Below, one piece after another: positions 28,693 to 39,668 of a stretch of 64,000 bases of DNA. The translations under genes and the position numbers were made by a program. The DNA comes from Macrostomum lignano (taxonomy: Eukaryota), in contig NIVC01000613.1 of the NCBI GenBank assembly GCA_002269645.1, positions 1-64,000 on the forward strand. The letters run 5' to 3'. The notes under the pieces were generated by a model. The model did not search any database, had not been told where the DNA came from, and saw only the letters and a program-made list of their open reading frames with translations. Numbering within the stretch: position 1 is the first letter of the stretch; the number at the start of each line of letters is the position of its first letter.

Positions 28693-31600
28693 TCAGTCCT
28701 TCTCTGCGATGCGGGTCAGGTGGTGCTCGATCTCCGGTTCAGTCAGCGCGCTGCAAATGTGGGGTGACATGCGGTTAGCAACTTGGCCCCGTGTCTGCTC
28801 CCATCAGAGATAGAGAATCTGCCTCTCCCTCAGTGCCTGAGAATCTGCCTCTCCGCTCTCCCTCAAGGCCCGAGAATCTGCCTCTCCGCTCTCTCTCAGG
28901 GCCCGAGAATCTGCCTCTCCCTCAGTGCCTGAGAATCTGCCTCTCCGCTCTCCCTCAGTGCCTGAGAATCTGCCTGTCCGCTCTCCCTCAGTGCCTGAGA
29001 ATCTGCCTCTCCGCTCTCCCTCAGTGCCTGAGAATCTGCCTCTCCCTCAGTGCCTGAGAATCTGCCTCTCCCTCAGTGCCTGAGAATCTGCCTCTCCCTC
29101 AGTGCCTGAGAATCTGCCTCTCCCTCAGTGCCTGAGAATCTGCCTCTCCCTCAGTGCCTGAGAATCTGCCTCTCCCTCAGTGCCTGAGAATCTGCCTCTC
29201 CCTCAGTGCCTGAGAATCTGCCTCTCCCTCAGTGCCTGAGAATCTGCCTCTCCCTCAGTGCCTGAGAATCTGCCTCTCCCTCAGTGCCTGAGAATCTGCA
29301 TGCATACAAAACTCTTGCTAAGCTGACGCACCGAAACCTAGGTGAGTCCCTAGTAACAACTCCGATCTCAATCTCGCTAGGCTTGAAGTCCATGCTGTGC
29401 ACATGCGACAGGCAGTTGACAACAATCTCAATAGCCTCATCCAGGCTGTAGTCAGACTTCTTCTTCACTTTCTTCTCCAGATAGTTCTTGGCCTCCATCT
29501 GCTTGGCGCCGACTCCGCAGGCGCGATAGCCGGCAACGAAGCCGGACGGGTCGGTTTTGAACAGCATGGGCTGCTGCAGCTCTTCATCATAGCCGGCATA
29601 GAGCATTGAGCAGCCCAGAGGGCGCATGCCGGCGCTTTGCGTGTTCACCTGACAAGATTAGTTATGATGCAATGGTTACTCTGGCATTCAGAACTGAAGC
29701 CTTTTGAGCTATCGGGAGTTGTTCAGATTTAGGGTTGAGTCATTCAGATTCAAGGTTGAGTCAATTAGATTCATGGCTAAGTCATTCAGACTCAGGGTTG
29801 AGTCATTCAGATTCATGGCTGAGTCATTCAGATTCAGGGTTACGTAATTCAGATTTAGGGTTGTCATTCAGATTCAGGGTTGAGTTATTCAGACTCAGGG
29901 TTTAGTCATTCAGATTCATGGCTTAGTCATTCAGATTCAGGGTTGAGTTATTCAGATTCAGGGTTTAGTCATTCAGATTCATGGCTGAGTACTTCAGATT
30001 CAAAGCTGAGACATTCAGATTCATGGCTGAGTAATTCAGATTCAAAGCTGAGACATTCAGATTCATGGCTGAGTAATTCAGATTCAAAGCTGAGTCATTC
30101 AAATTCACGGTTGAGTAATTCAGATTCATGGTTGAGTAATTCCGATTCAGGGTTGAGTAATTCAGATTCAGGCCCAGGGTTGAGTTATTCAGATTCAGGC
30201 CCAGGGTTGAGTAATTCAGATTCACGGTTGAGTAATTCAAATTCAGGGTTGAGTAATTCAGATTCAGGGTTTAGTCATTCAGATTCACGGTTGAGTAATT
30301 CAAATTCAGGGTTGAGTAATTCAGATTCAGGGTTTAGTCATTCAGATTCAGGGTTGAGTCATTCAGATTCAGGGTTGAGTCATTCAGATTCAGGGTTGAG
30401 TCATTCAGATTCAGGGTTTAGTCATTCAGATTCAGGGTTGAGTCATTCAGATTCAGGGTTGAGTCATTCAGATTCAGGGTTGAGTCATTCAGATTCAGGG
30501 TTGAGTCATTCAGATTCAGGGTTGAGTCATTCAGATTCAGGGTTGAGTCATTCAGATTCAGGGTTTAGTCATTCAGATTCAGGGTTGAGTCATTCAGATT
30601 CAGGGTTGAGTCATTCAGATTCAGGGTTGAGTCATTCAGATTCAGGGTTTAGTCATTCAGATTCAGGGTTGAGTCATTCAGATTCAGGGTTGAGTCATTC
30701 AGATTCAGGGTTGAGTCATTCAGATTCAGGGTTGAGTCATTCAGATTCAGGGTTTAGTCATTCAGATTCAGGGTTGAGTCATTCAGATTCAGGGTTGAGT
30801 CATTCAGATTCAGGGTTGAGTCATTCAGATTCAGGGTTGAGTCATTCAGATTCAGGGTTGAGTCATTCAGATTCAGGGTTGAGTCATTCAGATTCAGGGT
30901 TTAGTCATTCAGATTCAGGGTTGAGTCATTCAGATTCAGGGTTGTCATTCAGATTCAGGGTTGAGTCATTCAGATTCAGGGTTTAGTCATTCAGATTCAG
31001 GGTTGAGTCATTCAGATTCAGGGTTGAGTCATTCAGATTCAGGGTTGAGTCAATTAGATTCATGGCTAAGTCATTCAGATTCATGGCTGAGTAATTCAGA
31101 TTCAAAGCTGAGTAATTCAGATTCGGGGTTGAGTAATTTAGATTCAGGGTTGAGTCATTCAGATTCAGGGTTGAGTCATTCAGATTCAGGGTTGAGTCAT
31201 TCAGATTCAGGGTTGAGTCATTCAGATTCAGGGTTTAGTCATTCAGATTCAGGGTTTAGTCATTCAGATTCAGGGTTGAGTCATTCAGATTCAGGGTTGA
31301 GTCATTCAGATTCAGGGTTTAGTCATTCAGATTCAGGGTTGAGTCATTCAGATTCAGGGTTGAGTCATTCAGATTCAGGGTTGAGTCTTATTGTTTCAAG
31401 GCTCTAGGAGAAAAATTTTTAAAATTAAACAAAACAAGCAAGCAACCCACCTGAGCTAAATCTGCCATCCTCTGCGCCAGAACGTCGCACGGCATTTCGT
31501 ATCCGTTTCTATTCTTAAACTTGGCCGCCTCGAACTGGGCCCGCCTCACCTGGGACCGGCAGTCAGCCAGCAGGCCAGTCATGAGGCAGCCAACTTTGTC

Positions 31601-34600
31601 AGTGAGGTTAAACAGTCGACTGACACTGTCGGCTACGATAAGCTTGTCGGGGACTTTGCGCTGCGTGCCAAGGACAACACAGTCGGCGCCGCGTACACCA
31701 ATAGAGGTCAAACCGTCGATGTTGATGGCCTTGAAGGCGTACTCTGGATTGGCGGTAGGTTTATGATGGGTGTGCCTGTTAAAAATCAGAAGCATTTCAA
31801 AACTGTACCCAAGAAATTTCTAACACAATTTTGAACTTTTCAGAGGGCCCATGTCTATGACCTGAATGCATATATGCAACATACAACATTGTATTGAGAA
31901 GCAGTGGAAAAGCAAAAAATATCAGTTCAATAATTTATTCACTTATTAGCTAATTTAACTGCCATTTTAAGACACCCCCAGGATACTTTTTGACACCAAT
32001 ATGCCATTTTGCCTTATCAACTAGTGACATTGAGCAATTTAGTAAACAATGAAGAAACAGTCAGTAATGAATAAATAAATTCACTATTTGGGCACATTTC
32101 ATGGGGTGAGGCTAAGCTAAGTAAAGGAAAGAGAAGTGACAATTTACAATTTACACATAGGTTTGTGTATAAAGAGTGGTAAGGTGAGATTCTACCCAAT
32201 TAGGTAAAGCTTTAGAGTCTATACCCCTGCTTAGAGACATGTCTAGCTAGCTCACTAAATGTACCCAACCCCAAACAAGGCTGATGAGGGATTAAGTATG
32301 TAGGTATAGCAATTGCAGACTGGCAGGCTGCCACACTATAAAAGCTAGAGGCTAGATCATTTTCTAATGCCATTTCCTATCCTTTTTGGCCATAGACATT
32401 TTCTACTAAGGCACTATATTGCAGTACCAATTCAAACTTGAAAATAATATCAGGAAACAAACTGGAAAATCAGAATAATATCATGGTAAAAAAGTTGTGT
32501 AATCACAAATCTTTACTTTTTAAGATATCAAAACAAAAATCAAGATTGAAAAATGTGCTAAAATCTTGATGATTAAGATCAAGATTAAGATTGTATCTAA
32601 CCCCTACTTATAAGAGCTACAGAAATTATCTATTAGTTTTTTATTTAATCTAAATTTTAATGATTTTTTAGTGCTACTGCATACTAGTACTCTGCTATAC
32701 TCTGGATCATGTAATATATGCCTGAAAATTTGGGCATGTATTGGCCTTGTATATCAAAAGTTAGACATGCATAGTTTGCACCATACTCAGGAAGGTGTCA
32801 TGTGTGCGCGGGAATATATTTCAGCGTATTTTTGGTGTGTGCGCTGTGCGCGAAGCTAAAATATGAATTTTTGCGCCGAGGTCTACATTCGTTTATTGAC
32901 AAATACATAGTTAGAGTACTAATGCGCCGTAGCACTAAAAACTTGGTAAAAGTCCAATTAAAACAAAACTAAAAAAATGGATAAATTTTCATACATTATG
33001 TAGGCTTTTTTTCAACTCAAAACTTTTGCTTTATTTTAGCTTACGTAGAGAATTTTCAAAAGAAATAGCTCTAACTTTACCTTAAAATCCAATTTTGAAT
33101 TTTATTATTCGTATTACTTACCAAGAAACAATTTTTTTATTGATATGCAAGGAAAAAACGTATTCTTAAAGCATATTTTACGTACTGCCTATGCAGATTA
33201 TACATTTAGGTGACTCAATGTGAGCTAAATTTTTCTGATCAGGTTTTGCTGTGCGCCACTGTGCGCTAAAAACTTCTGCTAAGCCTTTGTTGTGCGCCAT
33301 GTGCACCACTTTGCGCATATTTTTCGTTGATGTGCACCAGAATTTTCTGCCATAATGTACACCTTCCTGAGTGTGGAGTTTGCATGCATTATTCTTAAGA
33401 AAATAGTTTGTCTGCATATCTAATATGCACTTATGGAAAGTTCATTTTAAGCATAAATTTCAAGTTTTTTTAGATATAATAAGGCATTTAAACAAAAGTT
33501 TTATATAATGATGGATCAAATATGGATTTTGCAAGTTTCAAAACCCAATTCTAATATATAAAATTTTTTTGAATCTAAATCCAAATATGTTTCCAAATGC
33601 AAACAAAAAATAAAAGGTAAATGGCAAGAATAACTATGACCTTTTTGAGTAACAAAATTGCCCAATCATCTATTTAGTGATCTAAGTAAGCAACTAGTCT
33701 ACTTTTCAAATGAAATTTAAGTGAAATTGCAAGAATTAAAACTTAATAAAGAGTAAATAAGTTTGAATTGAACTTAATTCTTACATAGGCCTAACTAATC
33801 TAGTTAGTGTTCTGCCATAGCCATAGCTACGGCTATAGGATCTTGTGGCAAAATAGTAAAATAGGTGCCTATAGCAGCTACAGATATACCTACAGTAGCT
33901 AACTGCTCTAATGGCTACAATTACAGAATTTTTATATGGTAGTTGCTGTCACATTCCATAGATTTATATAGCTGTAGTTATAAATAAATAAAAATTGAAA
34001 AATATTAAAAACAGATAGAGTAATACAAAGATAATTCAGTAAACTATATTATCAACTTAGAAACTTATAGAATATACCTAATAAATTATAAATACAATAA
34101 AACATTAGCAAACTCTAATTTTTATTAATGTGAAAAAGTTTAGCATTAGTACTTTCAGTAACGATAAGTATTGTTGCTCTATAAAAAGATGAAATAAAAT
34201 CTTACAAAGGCAATCAAGTGTTTCTTTTATTTTCGAACATTATTTGCAATTGTTTAAGCATTAACTTATCTTCTTGATTTAAAATATTTTGTTTTCTAGA
34301 CTTTTTGTTAAAACTATGGCTATGGCTATAGGAACTACAGGAATATAGTAATATTGGGATCCTTATGGTCCATAGTCAAGATCATGGCACACCTGTGCCA
34401 GAATGAATCCTATCAAAAAAGTTTGCTTGCCCCATGTGCCAGGACTGCCATAGTCCGGATCATGTCATTTACGCCGGAGATCTCTGGCGTAAATCTGGTT
34501 TGGGATCGGAGGCTGGCGTAAGTGCTTGGTGTAAGTATAGGCCAAAATGTGCCTTGGCATAAGTGCTTGGCGTAAGTACATGGCATAAATCAAGTGGCAT

Positions 34601-35934
34601 AAATGTTGGCACAAATGAGATCATTCACAATCAAATGTATCACTATAAAACATTACACATTTGCATTAATTATGATGTTAAAGAGCAGCATTAAAACAAA
34701 GTTCATTAAAATATTGCAGTTTGTGTAAATGAGATAGCAGAATATCTATTGTAGGATAGCAGAAGTTTTTTTAGCTTCAAGATGCTTACTTTGATTCTTG
34801 ATTCAGAATTTGCAACTTGTGAGATTTTTAAACAGTTGCAACTTCTGAATTTAATTAATCACCAATTAATTGTAAATCATCTATTCTATCTATTCTATTC
34901 TATTCACAAGAATTGTGAGGGACCTTTTTTGGGTGGCGTAAGTCAGAGGGACCTTTTTGGTTGGTGTAAGTCTGGTGTAAGTGCCAAAAAATGTAAGATT
35001 TTTCCTCCGGCGTAAGTCCAGCATGATCCAGACTATGGCAGGACTGTTCCTATCAAAAAAGTTTACTTGCACTATATACTATAACTTGTTGAAAAAAGTG
35101 CAAAAATCTGTTATTTTCTGTTTGAAAAACACCAGTAAAACTTGTATTTGAATATGTTTCATAGAAAATGCTATGTTACTGTAAATTAATTAAAAAGCCA
35201 TCATTACACTGGCAAACAAAAAGTGCTAATTACAAGAAATTATACATGCTAATTTTCTATCAGAGAAAATATTGTCTCATCAGAAGTACTATGCCAGACT
35301 TTTCTCCTTTGCTTGCTTTTGCACCAGAATGCGCCAGCACAGTGCATGTCCAACCCCTTTTTGCACCAGAATTTTCTGTGAAAAAGGCTATCTTCCTGAC
35401 TATGGCCTATGGCTATGGCTATGATATATGGACCTTCTTTATGGCAGAACACTAATATAGTCTAGCTAATTCTAATTACTAATACTAACTAATATCACAT
35501 TTGTGCAATTTGAGAACTTTACTATAAGTCCATGCATTTAATTTTGAAAAAACTAACTAACGATTGCACTTATAAAATGATAGTCAATAGACAAAAATGT
35601 TTATGCAACTTTAGGTTCAATGCTTCAAAAGTCCCAAAGTTTAGTAACTTTACTTGATATAACTTTCTGGGGCAACCAGTCATAAGATCTTTACTAAAAT
35701 AACTAAAGAAGAGAAGAATTAAATATAAATATATAGATCTATCTAAAATCATAATTCAACTAGTTCTAGGGGATCACTATTAGGAATGTATGATGCAATA
35801 AAAATACAAAAAAATTATTTGATGAAACACAAAAGATTGATATTGAATATAAACTTACCAATCTGATACAACCGGCCTTCTGGAGAGAAAATTGTAATAT
35901 GCCTATCAAATCCTGCACTGCTGCCTGAAGCCAT
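28693..35934 (-). CDS. PSMA6: Proteasome subunit alpha type-6 (alpha1), 247 aa; exons 35934-35859, 31743-31451, 29648-29332, 28750-28693
   Basis: [33 protein letters not shown]...TQRKVPDKL...MRPLGC...[13 protein letters not shown]...[17 protein letters not shown]. All junctions are phase-consistent (744 nt). Confidence 0.97.
28810..29300. repeat. 26-bp minisatellite (CTGAGAATCTGCCTCTCCCTCAGTGC) in PSMA6 intron 3
   Basis: Tandem copies. Confidence 0.95.
29685..31388. repeat. 21-bp minisatellite (GGGTTGAGTCATTCAGATTCA) filling PSMA6 intron 2
   Basis: About 80 copies; homogeneous centre and diverged ends. Confidence 0.97.
32781..33376. mobile_element. MITE (596 bp), TIR CCA(T/C)ACTCAGGAAGGTGT, 8-bp TSD AGTTTGCA
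   Basis: Inverted termini at 32781-32798 and 33359-33376. An identical AGTTTGCA flanks both sides. Confidence 0.85.
34370..35405. mobile_element. Probable older related MITE hosting the 34448-35038 element
   Basis: CCATAGTCA... at 34370 and ...TGACTATGG ending at 35405. The flanks CTTATGGT and CCTATGGC match at 6/8. Confidence 0.45.
34448..35038. mobile_element. MITE (591 bp), TIR CCATAGTC(C/T)GGATCATG..TTACGCCGGAG, 8-bp TSD CAGGACTG
   Basis: Inverted termini, perfect TSDs at 34440-34447 and 35039-35046, and internal GGCGTAAG repeats. Confidence 0.85.
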
Positions 35935-37364
35935 TGCTAGACTATAAACACTTGATATAAATTTAAATCAGCAACAACTACAAAAGTAGGTATACCTTTA
36001 ACTATACTCTATAATGAGATAAATAATATTAAGTATATAATGGGATGCAGAGTAATGTCAATATTACTATGGTAAGAAGTCTTATTTGATAAATTTTACT
36101 ATATTTTTATTGACAATGATAGTAAAATTTAAGTCAATGGCCTCTCTCGACTTAATTTTACTATTCTTTTGTATGTTTTATGCACTATATTTTATTAATT
36201 TAGGACCATTAAATTTTACTTTACTTATGTTTCTACTGAAAGTAAAATTTTCCTTTCAAGTACGTCACTTTGAATTCTCTTGAAAACAATTTTTTTCTGT
36301 ACGCGAAATGTTTCATAGAAATGGCCGTGCCAAGTAATAGCATCGGATAACAAATTACACTATTTTACGCTACTTAATGCTACGAAGTAAATGTAAATGT
36401 GACGAAAATAAACGTTATTTAATAAAATTGAAATTAAAAAATAGGTAATTACAAACTTTTAATTTTCGTTTCCTATCCGCATAATGACCTCAAAGCAGGA
36501 TGCACTATGCTGTCTGTCAATTAACCCTAGGCCTTAGTCCATGGACTGAACAGCCGTACGCAGGCTTCAGATGCGTCGTGCAATAGCTGCGGTTGCACAT
36601 TTGGCCCAATTGGGGCAGGTGTAATCAATCATTTAGTTAAGGAGGATTACTTATCGCTATACAGTTCTCCGACGAGTGTCGGAGAAATAGCGGTTCAATG
36701 TTTCGAGTAGCTGCAAGTTGCATTCGAGAATCTATGTCGCCAATTTCTCCGCAAATTGGGTGGAGGCTGCCCCCCATCCCTAAGAGGACAAACACCTGAG
36801 CATTAAGTACATGTACATGTAGGTTTCGACTCTTTTTGACTCTATTTGCTGAACCAAATTTAATTGTCCCTTTTCGAACAGTTTTGGGAATTATGTTGTC
36901 TAGTTTTTGTCTTCTTTTTGCTGTCAATTCACATGAGCTTATCTTTCATCAGCTCATCAGGGGATTATCTTTCAAATCCCCTGCTTGTCTTTCGCTGTCT
37001 TCTCTGAGAAGATAAAGAAGAAACTTTCAGGCAGTAAAAGTCACTACATCTTTATTTTGAAAAAACGGTCCTACATCAACACGTTGATGTGCAGTACCCC
37101 ATCATTGCCTGTTGCATAAGAAAACAAGCCTTAACATTCTTTTTCAATCATAAAAAATAGTCGAGTGAAGAATAGCCAGCCAAATGCAATATTGACAGTC
37201 GCTAAATTTAGTTAAGCAAACCCCATCGGCATCAGCATGTAGCCAGTTTGATTGCCCAACCGTGGCAGTATTCAAACAGCTTCGCATGTCTGCCAAAGAA
37301 TTGAATTCGAACAGCCATCTCAGCTCTCTGCTCATACTCTGCTCACGTGAGTGCCGTGTGCCCC

Positions 37365-37372
37365 TATTTAAA
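37365..37372 (+). promoter_or_regulatory. TATA-like box upstream of the secreted peptide gene
   Basis: TATTTAAA about 120 nt upstream of the ATG, with a CACGTG nearby. Confidence 0.35.
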
Positions 37373-37492
37373 CGCCTTCTCGTCTCTTCTGGAGCCGGAA
37401 AAACGTGCCGGCACACTAAACCGTCGCATCCAGCCGCTCAGACTCTGAGCCTCATCGAAAGGCATCAATAATTATCGAAATCGACTCAAAAA

Positions 37493-37690
37493 ATGAAGTG
37501 GGAATTTGTTCTTGGCCTTCTGCTCTGCGTCGCCCTGGTCGCCTCCGTATCCGGCGAGGAGCTGCCAGTGGAGACCTTGAAGGCGTTGGAGGCCTTGTCC
37601 AACCCGGTGGAGTCCAGCAGAATGCAACACGAGGAGAAGGCCATCCTCATCAAGAAAGCCGTCTACAAACCGAATTATAACAAAGATTGA
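37493..37690 (+). CDS. Small secreted protein/peptide precursor, 65 aa, single coding exon
   Basis: AAAA-ATG context, signal-peptide-like MKWEFVLGLLLCVALVASVSG, and GC3-rich codons in AT-rich surroundings. It ends ...LIKKAVYKPNYNKD*. Confidence 0.75.
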   Translation: MKWEFVLGLLLCVALVASVSGEELPVETLKALEALSNPVESSRMQHEEKAILIKKAVYKPNYNKD

Positions 37691-39668
37691 AGCGCGTGCT
37701 GCATGAGGATCTGTCTGGACTGAATTGTAAGCCCAACAATATCTAACCGCGTGGCTTAACTGGAAAGTGGAAAGAGCTTTAAATTATTTTTCTCCTATTG
37801 ATATCGCTTTTAACTATAATATTAAAAATATATACAATCGACAATTCCAGACTCAGTACAATGAAATTTAATTTAACAAAACATTTTGTTTAGTTTTTTG
37901 ATTTGTGCATTTTTAGCACAGTGCCGCAAGCGCGCAGGTTCTACATAAAGTAAAAACGCGACGTAGAAATCTGGTAACGTTTGGCACAGGCTTGTTCTGC
38001 AGTCAACAAAAACAACAACGAAAATACGTTGTTAAGCAAGACAACGTTGTGACAGTGCAGCGATAGAGTGCCGCAGACTCGCGTAGCGATAGAGTGCCGC
38101 ACTCGGTGACGTCGCGTCGTCGGCGTTGGTCAACATGACGGTCTCGATCACCGTTCTGCAGGCACAGGTGTTCAAGCAAGTTACAGCAGATATCCAAGAG
38201 CTGTCTATTGTCACAAAGTATTCAACTACAGGCTGCGTGAAACGCGTCAGTGGTTCGATTCCGCGCCCGATCACGAAAAATGGTCGTGGCGATTCACAGC
38301 CATGAGGTCCGACCCGTAGCGCACAGAGAGTGTGCTTTGTCTCATGATCAGAAAGTCAGGCTGTTGTATACCCTGTGCGAGCGTATGCACGAGTGCGTTG
38401 TTTTTTGTTTAAGTATTCGATTTAGCAGATCATGTCCTCATTTTTACGGTAAATTTCTATGTATTTGATTCAGTTTATGCTTAACGTAATTCAGTACTTC
38501 AAAATCACTGAAGCGAGTGTTCTTGGTGGCAGCGACAATGGATCTTCAAAGGGCTTGCCTGTCAACTTAAGCTCATAGAGTGGAGCCAGAGTAACCTATG
38601 TACACAAATAGAGAAAAAGAGAACAAGCAAGGGACAATTAGGGACTATTATGTAAACTTAAGCTCATAAGGTGGAATCCATAATTGTCCTCTTGCTTGTT
38701 CTCTCTCCTCCTATCCCAGGTCCAATTTTTGTAACTTTTTGCCAAATCCAGCTTTCTGGTGTCACTGTGAGCAGAATGACGTATCATTCTGCAGGCCCTT
38801 TAAGCGCGGATGGCACAGCCCGTTGCAACGCTGGTAGATCCACTGGGTTGTCTCATATTGTGTCATACTTTATTAAATTTATTTTCAAACATTCGCGAGC
38901 GTTCAGTGAGACGAAAAATAGCTTTATAAACCAATGATTCGAAATTAAATAAGTTAGCCATGTGTACTTGAAGTGAAGTCGACAGGGAGGAATCATCCCA
39001 GCAAGGACTGACTAAGGACGTTGCAGTCAAGCTTAGGGCAAATATTCCAGTCCGCGACGATTTGCTGGGTCACCACGCCGGCCTGGTCCGTCCAAGCGGT
39101 CTCCTGAGCTGTTGGCGACTTCAGCTGGTGAGCCACATTATCCTCGCCGAGTCCCTACCCTACCGGCGCGTGCTCTCGACGTTTTTTCGTCGACTGTCTG
39201 CTTTTGTTTTGGATCCACTAAGGTCATACGTGAAGTGTCCTGTGTAGTTTAGTAGTCCTTAAATCCCAATCGAGGTAGTTCTACTGCTATACATGTGTAA
39301 TATATCGGTAATGGTATCGAGCGTTTTAATATTTTCGATCGTTACTTTCCATTGATACTAGCTATAGCTGCATGTACTTCGACAGAGTTTGCAACCTGAT
39401 TGGTTAGCCAACTTGGAAATGTAAATTCGTCATAAAATATTGTTCATTCATTGGATTCTAGGAAATAAGACAGATGAAACAAACAAATTAAATTAATTAA
39501 ATAAAAGTAAATTAACAAACAAACTGCATTAATTAATATATAAAAAGTGAAGTATTAGGCGTCTACGCAGTTCTATTTTACAAGCAAAAATATCGATTTA
39601 AGACACTTCTTGTATCCGATTAAGAAACACGCTGCTATCACTACTTTCAGTAATATGCGCGAGACAGG

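Noticed and set aside
38230-38330. tRNA gene around GGTTCGATTCC (38253)
   Set aside because: B-box only; no cloverleaf or A-box.
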